Assembly: GCA_965222225.1 (NCBI GenBank)
Contig: CBDCTK010000002.1
Coordinates: 3,232,001 to 3,296,000, forward strand
From: Candidatus Poribacteria bacterium
GTDB lineage: Bacteria > Poribacteria > WGA-4E > JAJDTR01
Length of the DNA: 64,000 nt
Reading direction: 5' to 3'
This document shows positions 39,005-49,373 of the stretch, piece by piece (within the stretch, counting starts at the first letter, position 1; each line of letters opens with the position of its first letter). The position numbers were made by a program, and so were the translations under genes. The notes below the pieces were generated by a model that saw only the letters and a program-made list of their open reading frames with translations, made no database searches and was not told the origin of the DNA.

Positions 39005-39697
39005 TTATCGGTTTCGAATTTGTCTAACCGCGTCCATGAGCAATCTCAGATTTCGCGCATCTCGCGAACCCTTGACTGATTCAACACCTGAGCAGAGATC
39101 GATGCCGTAAGGTTGAACGGTTTCGATTGCCCGCCTTACGTTCTCAACGCGAATTCCGCCGGAAAGAAAGGCTGGAATCGCAGATGCAGCAATTAACTTT
39201 TCGGCGATATCCCAATCGCTGGTTTTACCTGTCCCGCCGAAACGCTCTTTGCCCGGGCTAATCTCGGCGGTATCGAATAAGAATGCGTCCGCGCCTGCGC
39301 GAGTGTATGCCTCCATCTCGACATGAATCCCTTCAAGGTCCGGTTTCTTACTCGTACCGGTAGGCAAAAAAAGGGATTTCCAAACATTGCAGGAAAGCTG
39401 CTGTTTTAGCTGATGAACTTCATCAGGTGCTTCGTGACCCAATAGCTGGATTGCGAATGGCTGGATTATCTCTGCGACATGTCGAACCCAGTCTGTCACA
39501 CGGTCAGACACAAGTATCACAGTTGGAATTGAGGTCTGCCGCACAATTGCGACAGCCGTACCAATGGGGACAGATCGCTCCGAGAACGGCACCTCAAGGA
39601 CAACTCCACAATAGTCTGCACCGGCATCTACCGCCATCCGCGCATCTGCAACGTTGGTTGTGCCACAGATTTTTACCTTGCACGCAACTCTTTTCAT
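39005..39697 (-). CDS. trpF: Phosphoribosylanthranilate isomerase
   Basis: KVKICGTT, FGGTGKTSDW, FLSGGI..ENV, PYGIDLCSGVE. Confidence 0.9.
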   Translation of the reverse strand: MKRVACKVKICGTTNVADARMAVDAGADYCGVVLEVPFSERSVPIGTAVAIVRQTSIPTVILVSDRVTDWVRHVAEIIQPFAIQLLGHEAPDEVHQLKQQLSCNVWKSLFLPTGTSKKPDLEGIHVEMEAYTRAGADAFLFDTAEISPGKERFGGTGKTSDWDIAEKLIAASAIPAFLSGGIRVENVRRAIETVQPYGIDLCSGVESVKGSRDARNLRLLMDAVRQIRNR

Positions 39698-39837
39698 ATC
39701 AAGGTGATGGAGGAGAAATAGACGGGGAAATCGTCACTAGCTAGGGGTATAGACCGATTCCCTCTTTATAAGCACTTTTTCCCTGCAAGAGGATGAGTGC
39801 GGGGCATCGTTAATTCTAATCGGCTAGTTGACGGAGA

Positions 39838-41103
39838 CTACATCGTTTGAGCTTCTAGTTGCGCCAATACTTCGTTAAGGAATGTATTCAGGCTACTTTC
39901 ACCTTGGAAGCGTTCCTTCTGGCTCTGAAGCGCCCGAATTGCAGGCGCATCGCCGATTCTGGCAAGCGCGTCAACAATAGTCAATCTAATGGTAAGTTCC
40001 TCTAACGAGTCGAGTGCATCAATTAAAACATCTCGCGATCTAACCCCGCCAATGTTGCCAAGCGCGGAAGCCGCTATATCCTTGACGTTTGCGTCACCAC
40101 GATTGAATGCGACAATAAGCGAATCAACCGCGTCAGTTCCAATCTGACTAAGGCCAAGCCCTGCTTGGAACCGAATGCCCGGCACCTCGCCCCTATCTTC
40201 CATTACGGCGGTCAATACCTCAATCGCAGAGTGAGGTTTAAGTACACCCAAAATGGCTATGCAAGTCCTACGAATCTCTTGGTCAGGCTCAACCGCGCGC
40301 TTGATATATCTTTGTGCTAACGCAACCAGACGTCCCTCTTCAATCTCCCCGCGCGGTGCTTGAACTCTTTTCGTTGCGTCGGCACTTCTTGATCGGCTAA
40401 ACTCAACGAGGCGCGCTAAGCTTCTGACTGCCGGTTTGCGAAGTGACAGGTCTCCGCTCTGTTCCACGATGTCCATCAAGGGGTCAACAGCTCGCGCATC
40501 ACCGAGTTCGCCTAGTGCCTCAACAGCCGCAATTTTGACGCCCGCCAACTCGGTCGTTCGGAACGTGAGCTTGGAGCCGTGTTTCGTAAACTCCTCAATT
40601 GCTTCCTTATAATCATCAATTGTGCGAATCTTGCGCTCATCAATCACTGCGTCAATCGTATCGCCTATACGTATGTTTGCATTCGCCGCTGGACTTCCTT
40701 GCTTCACTTCGCTGACAGTATTTCCATTCACCTTCAGTCCAGTCTTATCACCACTTCGTCGGACAGCAAGCCGGACAGTTCTGTCGTCGGCAAAGCGCAG
40801 TATAAGGTTGTTGTCTCTATGCATTGCCTTTTTTGCCGCACGTCTGTAATTCCCTCCGCTCCCAAGCGAGTATTCGCCGACGACGTAAGAGATTAATTCG
40901 CCCTCTTCAAGATGTGCTCTGGCTGCCGGACCGTTGGGTTCTACCGAAATCACCGCGACTCCGTTCGTAGACCATCGATTTTCGAGATCGCTATCCAACT
41001 GTTGTACCTGAATCCTAAACTGCTCGTCGTGGTAGCGATTCTCGCATCCAACGGCACATAGAAAGATGAAAATAAAAAGCAATGAGTGCACCTTTGTACG
41101 CAT
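39838..41103 (-). CDS. Lipoprotein with PDZ-like domains and HEAT/PBS-lyase repeats
   Basis: Lipobox-like AVGC; VEPNGPAARAHL and VKQGSPAANANI; AAVEALGELGDARAVDPL repeats. Confidence 0.7.
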   Translation of the reverse strand: MRTKVHSLLFIFIFLCAVGCENRYHDEQFRIQVQQLDSDLENRWSTNGVAVISVEPNGPAARAHLEEGELISYVVGEYSLGSGGNYRRAAKKAMHRDNNLILRFADDRTVRLAVRRSGDKTGLKVNGNTVSEVKQGSPAANANIRIGDTIDAVIDERKIRTIDDYKEAIEEFTKHGSKLTFRTTELAGVKIAAVEALGELGDARAVDPLMDIVEQSGDLSLRKPAVRSLARLVEFSRSRSADATKRVQAPRGEIEEGRLVALAQRYIKRAVEPDQEIRRTCIAILGVLKPHSAIEVLTAVMEDRGEVPGIRFQAGLGLSQIGTDAVDSLIVAFNRGDANVKDIAASALGNIGGVRSRDVLIDALDSLEELTIRLTIVDALARIGDAPAIRALQSQKERFQGESSLNTFLNEVLAQLEAQTM

Positions 41104-41265
41104 GAGATCTCCTTATCAAAACATACTAAACAGTGCTCAGAAAAGTGATTATGTCAGTTCGCAACGTCGATTCAACAAGATACTCATGTGTTGTGAATGA
41201 ATCGGATTTCATTTTACAGATTGAAAAAAGAATCAGCGGAATCGTAGAGCGTATGAATCCATCTA

Positions 41266-42186
41266 TCAGAATTTGATTTCAACCTCTCGACTGCCCTGAT
41301 CTCCCAAAGCGTTTAGCAATGGATTAACCGCGCGTTCATCACCGAGTTTGGCAAGCGCGTGAATTGCATCGACACGTAATGAAGAACCTTTATTTTCGGA
41401 AATTTCAACCAATTCCTTAACGGCGGCGCCACCAATTTTCCCGAGTGCTTCGACCGCTAATTGCCGAACTTCTGGACTTTCTCTGTCCCTTGCGCGTTTT
41501 GCTGACCCTGAGTTCACAATCTTAACCAATTCTGGAATCGCCTTTTCGTCTCCGATTTCCCCCAGCGCCTTAACTGCATTTAGTCGCGTCTCCTTGCGTT
41601 TGTGGTCAAGCAACTCGATGAGTAGTGGCACGATTGTGTCGGGAGAAACCTTCCCGATTTCGGCGAGTACCCAGTGAGCGTCGTGACGATCCCGGTTGTC
41701 TTTGGATTTAATCGCTTTTTTCAAAGATCGCAGCAACTTATTGCGATCGCCTTGGTTGTAGATGCGCTTAAGCGCGTTGAGCGCTGCGTTCTGCACACCG
41801 GGCTCATCACGTCTCAATGTCTCAAACACCAAAATTTCAAGATATTTGCTTTTTTCCTGCTGATACGCGAGGAACATATGTTTCCCTCGATTTTCGGTGC
41901 TAGCCATCTCCTCGTGCTCCTCCCAATTTTCTAGGGCGGACTTTGCGCTGTAAAAATCTTGGGAATCTTGGGAATCGTAGAACCCGAGTAGATAATGTGC
42001 CTCGGCATTGGTCGGCTCTTGTTGGATTGCCAACTTAAACTGAGCTACAGCCCGCTCCTCTTTGCGTCGTCTGTCAGATTTAATAAGCTCCTTACCTTTG
42101 GAGAGATATTCATTGTGGCTTCCGCAACTGACCAAGAAAGCGGCAAGTCCAATAGATACAACACTCACCTTGAGACATTTATTCAT
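41266..42186 (-). CDS. Lipoprotein with TPR and HEAT repeats
   Basis: LVSC lipobox; PTNAEAHYLLG; RLNAVKALGEIGDEKAIPEL repeats. Confidence 0.7.
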   Translation of the reverse strand: MNKCLKVSVVSIGLAAFLVSCGSHNEYLSKGKELIKSDRRRKEERAVAQFKLAIQQEPTNAEAHYLLGFYDSQDSQDFYSAKSALENWEEHEEMASTENRGKHMFLAYQQEKSKYLEILVFETLRRDEPGVQNAALNALKRIYNQGDRNKLLRSLKKAIKSKDNRDRHDAHWVLAEIGKVSPDTIVPLLIELLDHKRKETRLNAVKALGEIGDEKAIPELVKIVNSGSAKRARDRESPEVRQLAVEALGKIGGAAVKELVEISENKGSSLRVDAIHALAKLGDERAVNPLLNALGDQGSREVEIKF

Positions 42187-42490
42187 TCTGAACTCCATCC
42201 AATCCATATCAGAGATTACGTAATGGTTATCGCAGTAACTGTCGTTCGCTGCCGCCCGTTTGAGTTTTCAGGATTCGCTCAATTCCTCTTCTACCTCTGC
42301 CCCTGCACTTGGTTACGTCGAAACGCTTTCTGAACGAACTCCAAAAATGAGCGCATCGTCATAAAGATCGAATTACGTTACTGTAACACAATTGATATTT
42401 GAAGGCAAGATAAAGATCTTTCCTCGTCCATTCTAACATCCCACCTTTGAACTTACTCCAAGCGCCCGTTTTTAGACTGGCAGTTAATTC

Positions 42491-44938
42491 TCAGGAGGCA
42501 ACACCTGCGTCGTCAATCACGCCCAATTTCCCGCTTACATCACCGGTCTCGCCTAATTCAACTGGCATCTCGCCGGAAGGTGCGTTGCCTTGTCCCATTC
42601 GTAGCTGACGTTCAGCATCAACCACATCGCGGTTGATTTTTGCGATACATCGATCTAATTTGTCCAACAGTGTGCCATGTCCCTCCATTGCGCGGCGTGC
42701 CTGACGGAGAAAGTCTATCACAAGTCGAAATGAACGGACAAAATCGCCGTCAGCAAGATCCGCATACCTGTGGAGTTCCTCAAATTCGCAACCTCGGCTC
42801 CAGGCAAGCATTGCCGTACTCAGCTTGGTTTCAAACTTCGGCGTGACCTCCGCAACACGGTGCAACGCTTCCAGAACGCGCAGACCTTCAATCTCCCTAT
42901 CCGCCGATTTCAGAACCTGTTTTAATCGGTTGTCATACAGTTTTCGATAGTGCCCCGAATCCTTCCGTGGTTCGGAGACAATCGCCATCATCAAGACATT
43001 GATATCGTCTTCGCCCAGCTTCTCAAAAAAACCACCAAACAGCAACAGAGAGATTTGCATTTCATAACCCGAAATCCGTGAGGCAATCTCCCCTCTAGGT
43101 AACAAATCAGCTTCCCCTATATAACCGAGTTCTTCAAGCACTTTAAGACGGGATGCAATCTGCCTTTGCTGAAAGTGCTCAAAATGATCGCGTTCTCGGA
43201 CGAGGGTTTCAACTTGGCTGGTGAATTGCTCAATTTCCTGATACTGTTGCTGGCACAACTTAAATCGTTGGCAACCGTGGCACAGACTGTCCTGTAATAT
43301 GGACTCAACTTGTCGCATCTGCTGATTATTGTAAGCAAGTTTCTTGAGCCGCATTCGCTTATTCTTGCTGCCACGGTGTTTTCGTTTTATTTCTAGGCGT
43401 TTTGCTTTAAGAGTTTGTTTCTGATCTGTGACGTCGTTGAGGAGATCGAGGTAGTTGGTAACCTGCTCGGAGGCATCCAAATGTTCGTGAACACAGATTG
43501 GCAACGGCGAACTCTTGAGCCCCTTTTCGGCGTGCTTGAGGTCTTTATCAATTTTACGAATTCGCGTGTAGTTTTGGAAATTACTTAAGCTAACCGTACA
43601 AACATCGTATATGTCATTGCCGTACTTCTGGTACAGATTCAAAATGCTTGAATAAGAGAGGTTAAATTGACTCCCAATCGACTCAATCTTATCGGAGGTG
43701 ATTTTTCGGACCTTCTCAGTGTCCGTAAATCGAGGATTGACCCTGGCATAGACGTAACCGACGGGATCGATGCCGCGCCGCCCGGCGCGTCCCGCCATCT
43801 GATGATATTCGCGTGCTTTTAGATAGCGGAAACCGACTCCATCGAACTTTTCTAGGCCCTCAAATATCACCGTACATGCCGGCATGTTAATGCCCACAGC
43901 GAACGTTTCTGTCGTGAAAAGCAACTGCACCAGCCCGGAAGTAAACAGTTGTTCGACTACTTCCTTCAAGGTAGGCAGCATCCCGGCGTGGTGGTAGGCG
44001 ACCCCTTTCAAAATCAGACTGCGCAACTCGGACGCCTTCCGATTATCCTGAATACCGTGCCGTACGCACAGCGAATCAAACAGGACGAGGATCTGTTCCC
44101 GTTGTTCCGCTTTAAGAAAACTACGCCGGGAGGCGTGGGCATAGGACTCGGCGTTTCGCTCACACTGCTTGCGGCTAAAGGAGAAGTATAGACAAGGCAG
44201 CCGCTTACGTTTTTGAACGTAATCCACCAGATCTTCGCGAACCAGGTTGGGCATTCCATCAGCAACGATTTCGTCAACCTTCTCGTCGTCATGAAGATGA
44301 TTGAATTTGTCGATAATCTGTTGACTCCGCAGCAGATCGTCGATTGTCCCAATGCCATATCCGTCGAGGTAGAGGTAATGTTCAAGGGGCACGGGCCGTT
44401 CAAGTTCCTGAACCACATCAATCTCTATCTCTCGGACGCTGCGCATCCAATCCCCGAACTGATTGATATTCGGTATGGTCGCGCTCAAACACGTAAATTT
44501 AATATGTTGTGGAGCGAAAATGATGCTCTCTTCCCACACCGTCCCCCGTTCAACGTCGTTGATGTAATGAATCTCGTCAAAGATAGCGTATTCTACATCC
44601 GACAAGCGCTCAATATCGTCAAAAATCGTGTTTCTGAAGATTTCCGTTGTCATCAACAGAATCTGGGCATACGGATTGAGCACCACATCTCCCGTTAGGA
44701 TACCCACTCGGTCGCCATACCGTTTATAGAAATCTCGATATTTTTGGTTACTCAGAGCTTTGATTGGCGCCGTGTAAATCACGCGTCGATCGTCCTGAAT
44801 ACACTTGTCAACTGCATACTCCGCAACCACCGTTTTGCCCGCTCCGGTTGGAGCGGCGACAATGACAGAACGCTCCTGATCTATTGCCTGGATAGCTTCT
44901 TCTTGGAACCGATCGAGCTGTAAACCCCTGTAGAACAT
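42491..44938 (-). CDS. Ski2/HelY-like DExH RNA helicase
   Basis: APTGAGKT, PIKALSNQK, DEIH, LSAT, HHAGMLP, TETFAVGINMPA, QMAGRAGRRG, DSHCT-like C-terminus. Confidence 0.93.
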   Translation of the reverse strand: MFYRGLQLDRFQEEAIQAIDQERSVIVAAPTGAGKTVVAEYAVDKCIQDDRRVIYTAPIKALSNQKYRDFYKRYGDRVGILTGDVVLNPYAQILLMTTEIFRNTIFDDIERLSDVEYAIFDEIHYINDVERGTVWEESIIFAPQHIKFTCLSATIPNINQFGDWMRSVREIEIDVVQELERPVPLEHYLYLDGYGIGTIDDLLRSQQIIDKFNHLHDDEKVDEIVADGMPNLVREDLVDYVQKRKRLPCLYFSFSRKQCERNAESYAHASRRSFLKAEQREQILVLFDSLCVRHGIQDNRKASELRSLILKGVAYHHAGMLPTLKEVVEQLFTSGLVQLLFTTETFAVGINMPACTVIFEGLEKFDGVGFRYLKAREYHQMAGRAGRRGIDPVGYVYARVNPRFTDTEKVRKITSDKIESIGSQFNLSYSSILNLYQKYGNDIYDVCTVSLSNFQNYTRIRKIDKDLKHAEKGLKSSPLPICVHEHLDASEQVTNYLDLLNDVTDQKQTLKAKRLEIKRKHRGSKNKRMRLKKLAYNNQQMRQVESILQDSLCHGCQRFKLCQQQYQEIEQFTSQVETLVRERDHFEHFQQRQIASRLKVLEELGYIGEADLLPRGEIASRISGYEMQISLLLFGGFFEKLGEDDINVLMMAIVSEPRKDSGHYRKLYDNRLKQVLKSADREIEGLRVLEALHRVAEVTPKFETKLSTAMLAWSRGCEFEELHRYADLADGDFVRSFRLVIDFLRQARRAMEGHGTLLDKLDRCIAKINRDVVDAERQLRMGQGNAPSGEMPVELGETGDVSGKLGVIDDAGVAS

Positions 44939-45052
44939 TCAAATCTCCCAAACCCAAGTAACACCGGCATGATTATAACTGTTTCCGCCCCTTTTGTCAA
45001 ATGTGAATACCCGGTTAAAGGTCAATTGCACCTGATTGTTGCGACCCTGTAG

Positions 45053-45224
45053 GATCAAGCGACCGGATAGGGAGCGCGATAGTAATCCCGATAGTAAATC
45101 CCATAGCGAAGGCGATAAGGATCCCTCTCTTGATAGGGATTCCTGTAGGTGTGCAACCGTCAAATAGTCGATTTCCTCTCTTACTGCGATCAAGCAACTG
45201 AATAAGGAGTACGATAGAGATTTT
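45053..45224 (+). mobile_element. Cluster of 37-nt element copies
   Basis: Full copy 45053-45089, 3' fragments 45090-45102 and 45103-45125, second full copy 45188-45224; a reverse fragment lies at 45365-45381. Confidence 0.7.
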
Positions 45225-45549
45225 CAGGTTTTATGGAAAACGAAAACATGAAAATAAACCGACGGGCGACAGATGAATAGAATGAAAGTGAAGTGACTCC
45301 ATTGGTGCCTAATGCGCAAGGACGACCGCAATACTGCTCGCAACTGCAGGTCTCGATCAGGAGAAGATCTCTATCGCACTCAAATGCCCAGAAATAATTT
45401 TGCTATCTACTTTTCAAAAGGGCTCTAAATCCCTAAAATCCGACGCGGTTGCCCTGCCGTAACATTGAAATCTATAGACAAGGATTCGCGAATTGGTATA
45501 AAATACCATCTAATCGGCAGAACTATCCTATTATCGTGTGAGGAGAGCT

Positions 45550-47466
45550 ATGAAGATTTTCGTTCCCGGCCGAATCTGCCTATTTGGGGAACATAGTGAT
45601 TGGGCCGGAGGCTACCGTCGCATCAATGCAGATTTGGAAAAGGGATACACGCTGATTACTAGCACCAACCAAGGCGTGTATGCCGAGGTGAAACCCCATC
45701 CCACAAAACTTATTTTCCGCACAACGCTGAGCGATGGCGAGCGGAAGCAGCCATTTGAATTGCCGATGGAACGGGAGGCCCTGCTCGCGGAGGCCGAAAA
45801 AGGAGGGTTCTTCAGTTATGCCGCCGGTGTCGCTCACCAAATTTTGACGCATTACCATGTGCGCGGAATCGAAATCGACAACTATCTCACAGATCTTCCC
45901 GTAAAGAAAGGGCTGTCATCTAGTGCGGCAATCTGTGTGCTTGTGGCTCGCGCCTTCAACCGCGTCTACGACCTCAAGATGACCACGCGCGGCGAGATGG
46001 AATCCGCCTACATCGGTGAGATTACCACCCCTTCGCGTTGTGGTCGAATGGACCAGGGCTGTGCTTACGGCAGCCCCGTTATGATGATTTACGATGGCGA
46101 CCGGCTTGACGTCAAGGAATTCAATGTACCGAACGACCTCTACTTTGTTATCGTGGATCTCGCCGCCGATAAAGACACCAAAGAGATATTAAGCGCGCTC
46201 AATCGCTGTTATCCGTTCGCCGAAAACCAACTTCAAAGGAATGTTCAGGAGTATCTTGGACCAATCAACGCCAGAATAACAAATGCCGCCTTTAATGCCT
46301 TACGAAGTGGAGACGCTGCGCGAATCGGTCAATTGATGACGGAGGCACAAGCAGAATTTGACGCTCATCTTCAACTAGCCTGCCCTTCGCAACTGACAGC
46401 CCCGGTTTTGCACCAAATCCTCAAATATGAACCCCTGCAACCCTACATTCTGGGTGGTAAGGGAGTCGGGTCTCAAGGAGACGGTTCCGCGCAATTCATT
46501 GTCGCAGATAAGCAGATTCAGCGGAAAGTCATCGAAATCATTGAGCGCGACCTAAAAATGCCATGCCTTGAACTTGTGATCGAGGCAGGGCGGGGCGTGC
46601 GAAAAGCGGTGATCCCTGCTGCGGGATTCAGTACCCGTTTGTTTCCTGCCTCAAAGGGCATCATAAAAGAGTTATTCCCGATTATAGATCGTGAGGGAAG
46701 AGCTAAACCAGCCATCATGGCATTAATCGAAGAAGCCATAAACGCTGGAGTTGAAGAGGTATGTCTCATCGTTCAGCGCAGGGATCGCCAGCTTTTTGAA
46801 GATTTCTTCAATACCCCGCCTCCAATCGAGAATTACAACCGACTTTCCAAGGAAGACCAAGCCTACTGCCAGTACCTAATGGATATTGGACGGCAAGTCA
46901 CGGTAATCACACAGGAGGTTCAGGAAGGGTTTGGGCATGCCGTTTTCTGCACGAAGGAATGGGTCAACGGGGAGCCCTTCTTGCTCATGTTGGGCGACCA
47001 TCTGTACGCCTCCGACAGCGAAACGTCGTGCGCGAGGCAACTTCTGGACGTTTATGATCGGGTCGGGCATAGCGTTGTTGGATTGAAAACAAGCTCTGCA
47101 GAGGAACTTCATAACTTTGGCTGTGTGAGCGGTGTTTGGCAGGACGATTCTCTTCTTTCGGTAACAGAATTCTATGAGAAACCGCCGGTCGAATATGCAC
47201 GCAAGCACCTTCATGTTGATCGAATGGAGGAGGATCTCTTCCTGACGGTATTTGGACTGTATGTACTCGCGCCACAGATTTTTGACTTTCTCGAAGAAAA
47301 CATTACCCATAATCTCCGCGAAAGAGGCGAGTTCCAGTTAACCCCTTGTCTTGACACACTCCGGAAAGAGGGCAATTTTTCCGGGTATGTTCTCAAGGGC
47401 AGACGCTTTGATATTGGGCTCCCCGAGGCATATAGGGCTACAGTAATCGATTTTCGGAATGCGTGA
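45550..47466 (+). CDS. Bifunctional GHMP sugar kinase / nucleotidyltransferase (GalU-like)
   Basis: PGRICLFGEHSD, PVKKGLSSSAA, CGRMDQ, GGKGVGSQGDG; then KAVIPAAGFSTRLFPASK, QEGFGHAV, LGDH. Confidence 0.85.
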   Translation: MKIFVPGRICLFGEHSDWAGGYRRINADLEKGYTLITSTNQGVYAEVKPHPTKLIFRTTLSDGERKQPFELPMEREALLAEAEKGGFFSYAAGVAHQILTHYHVRGIEIDNYLTDLPVKKGLSSSAAICVLVARAFNRVYDLKMTTRGEMESAYIGEITTPSRCGRMDQGCAYGSPVMMIYDGDRLDVKEFNVPNDLYFVIVDLAADKDTKEILSALNRCYPFAENQLQRNVQEYLGPINARITNAAFNALRSGDAARIGQLMTEAQAEFDAHLQLACPSQLTAPVLHQILKYEPLQPYILGGKGVGSQGDGSAQFIVADKQIQRKVIEIIERDLKMPCLELVIEAGRGVRKAVIPAAGFSTRLFPASKGIIKELFPIIDREGRAKPAIMALIEEAINAGVEEVCLIVQRRDRQLFEDFFNTPPPIENYNRLSKEDQAYCQYLMDIGRQVTVITQEVQEGFGHAVFCTKEWVNGEPFLLMLGDHLYASDSETSCARQLLDVYDRVGHSVVGLKTSSAEELHNFGCVSGVWQDDSLLSVTEFYEKPPVEYARKHLHVDRMEEDLFLTVFGLYVLAPQIFDFLEENITHNLRERGEFQLTPCLDTLRKEGNFSGYVLKGRRFDIGLPEAYRATVIDFRNA

Positions 47467-47482
47467 AACCTTTGGCTAACCT

Positions 47483-47548
47483 GTAGGTTGGGTTGAACGC
47501 TCAAGCGAGCGATTAGCGAGTGCGATAGAGATTCCCGTCAAACCCAAC
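47483..47548 (+). repeat. GTAG REP-like element interrupted by a 37-nt element (47499-47536)
   Basis: GTAGGTTGGGTTGAAC [insert] GTCAAACCCAAC; uninterrupted homolog at 50844-50874. Confidence 0.8.
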
Positions 47549-47657
47549 TGTTTGACCTCCGTTTTTCGCCCCGGCGGGAATCTTCCACTCCTCCAATCCG
47601 ATTCAGTCAAGCCTCTTCAGAAGATAGATTTTAGTACCTAAACTTGCGTAACGCCTT

Positions 47658-49343
47658 ATGTCGGACAAGAAAATAGAAATCCTGCTGCCGGGATTGGCAT
47701 TCCTTGCCATCTGCGCCTTTGCGGCATACGGCGAACAACGTCTAGAAGGATCCAACGTCCTTGTCTGGTACAGCATTGTCCCACCCCTTCTTGCTGTCAC
47801 GTCGGCAATTGCGACACATCGATTGCTGTTGAGCCTAGGATTAGCGGTAGCCGTCGGAATTGTTCTCTCGTCAATACGAATTATGTCGTCTCACGTCTGG
47901 GATTGGTTCCCTTCTGTATACAGCCAAACCGCATCGGGCGCAAAATCGGTCGTAGATTCTTTCAACCTTTTGGTAATTCTTTTCATCGTATTGATTCTGT
48001 CGACAATCTCGGTCGTGATTGTGTCCGGGGGAATCCAAGGCATTATCCGTTGGCTCTCGCGATTTGCGAAAGGCGCGCGTTCAACCCAGTTGGTCACTGT
48101 TCTCATGGGATTTGCCGTTTTCATTGATGATTATGCCAACACGATGATAGTTGGGTCGGCGATGCGTACCGCAACCGACCAAAAACGGATTAGCCGCGCG
48201 AAACTGGCATACCTCGTGGATTCCACAACCGCTCCCATCGCGGGCTTGGCGGTGGTGAGCACCTGGATCGGGTATGAAGTTGGGCTGTTCAATGAGGTCG
48301 CCAATTCGTTAGGCATACAAAAAGACGGATATTCCATGTTTTTCGACGCCCTCGTATTTCGCTTCTATTGCCTGATAACGATCATTTTTGTTCTTGCAAA
48401 CGCACTCAGTGGCATCGATTTCGGTGCAATGCGAAAAGCGGAGATACTTGCCCGAGAAACCGGAAATGTGGTTGGTGAAGATGCGAAACTGATGTCCTCA
48501 AGAGCATTTTCGACGTTGAAATCTGCCCCATCAGCGATTGTGCACCCACTCACCGCGGTTATCCCGATTGGGACCCTTCTCGGAGTCATGTTGGTAGGAT
48601 TCTGGATCGATGGCGGCGGGAAAGGTTTCGTGCTGTCGCCATCGGCGTGGCGTGAGGCATTATCCAATGCGAACAACCTCAAAATCTTGGCAATCGCATC
48701 CGGCAGTGGTTTCCTATTGGCGATTGTCTGTGCGAAGCTGCTAGCGCGGATAAGTTTTTTCGAGATTGGAGTCGCCATAATCTCCGGTCTCAAAGGCAGC
48801 TTGCTGCCAACAGCGGTTCTCGTCCTAGCATGGAGTTTAAAAGCCGTCTGTGAGCAACTTTCGACGGGGGACTTTCTCGCAGCAACGGTCGAAGGTGTGG
48901 TTTCGCCACTATGGTTCCCCGCGCTTCTCTTCATCGTGGCGTCCCTGACTTCGTTCGCTACCGGCACCAGCTGGGGCACTATGGCGATTCTCATCCCGAC
49001 CGCCATTCCGATTGCGTATTCACTTGATGGAAGTACCTACGGATTGACGACGGCAATCAGCTTAGGAGCTGTGCTTGACGGATCAATCTTTGGCGATCAC
49101 TGCTCGCCTATTTCCGACACGACCATCATGAGCTCCATCGCGAGCGAATGCGACCCGATGCACCATGTGCGCACCCAACTTCCCTACAGCCTGACTGTTG
49201 CCGGGCTTGCGCTAATCTGTGGCTACGTCCCGGCGGCGCTGGGGATTTCATCGTTCGTCGGGATAGGTGCCGCCGGGATTCTAATCGTCCTGTTGTTCTA
49301 TGCCGTTGGCAAGTTTGGGGCGAGTCGACAAGGGATTTCATAA
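47658..49343 (+). CDS. Na+/H+ antiporter NhaC family transporter
   Basis: FIDDYAN, AYLVDSTTAP, SFATGTSWGT, FGDHCSPISDTTI.SS, HVRTQLPY. Confidence 0.9.
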   Translation: MSDKKIEILLPGLAFLAICAFAAYGEQRLEGSNVLVWYSIVPPLLAVTSAIATHRLLLSLGLAVAVGIVLSSIRIMSSHVWDWFPSVYSQTASGAKSVVDSFNLLVILFIVLILSTISVVIVSGGIQGIIRWLSRFAKGARSTQLVTVLMGFAVFIDDYANTMIVGSAMRTATDQKRISRAKLAYLVDSTTAPIAGLAVVSTWIGYEVGLFNEVANSLGIQKDGYSMFFDALVFRFYCLITIIFVLANALSGIDFGAMRKAEILARETGNVVGEDAKLMSSRAFSTLKSAPSAIVHPLTAVIPIGTLLGVMLVGFWIDGGGKGFVLSPSAWREALSNANNLKILAIASGSGFLLAIVCAKLLARISFFEIGVAIISGLKGSLLPTAVLVLAWSLKAVCEQLSTGDFLAATVEGVVSPLWFPALLFIVASLTSFATGTSWGTMAILIPTAIPIAYSLDGSTYGLTTAISLGAVLDGSIFGDHCSPISDTTIMSSIASECDPMHHVRTQLPYSLTVAGLALICGYVPAALGISSFVGIGAAGILIVLLFYAVGKFGASRQGIS

Positions 49344-49373
49344 TCGCTACAGTTTTTCCGCAGTCTGACCTTC

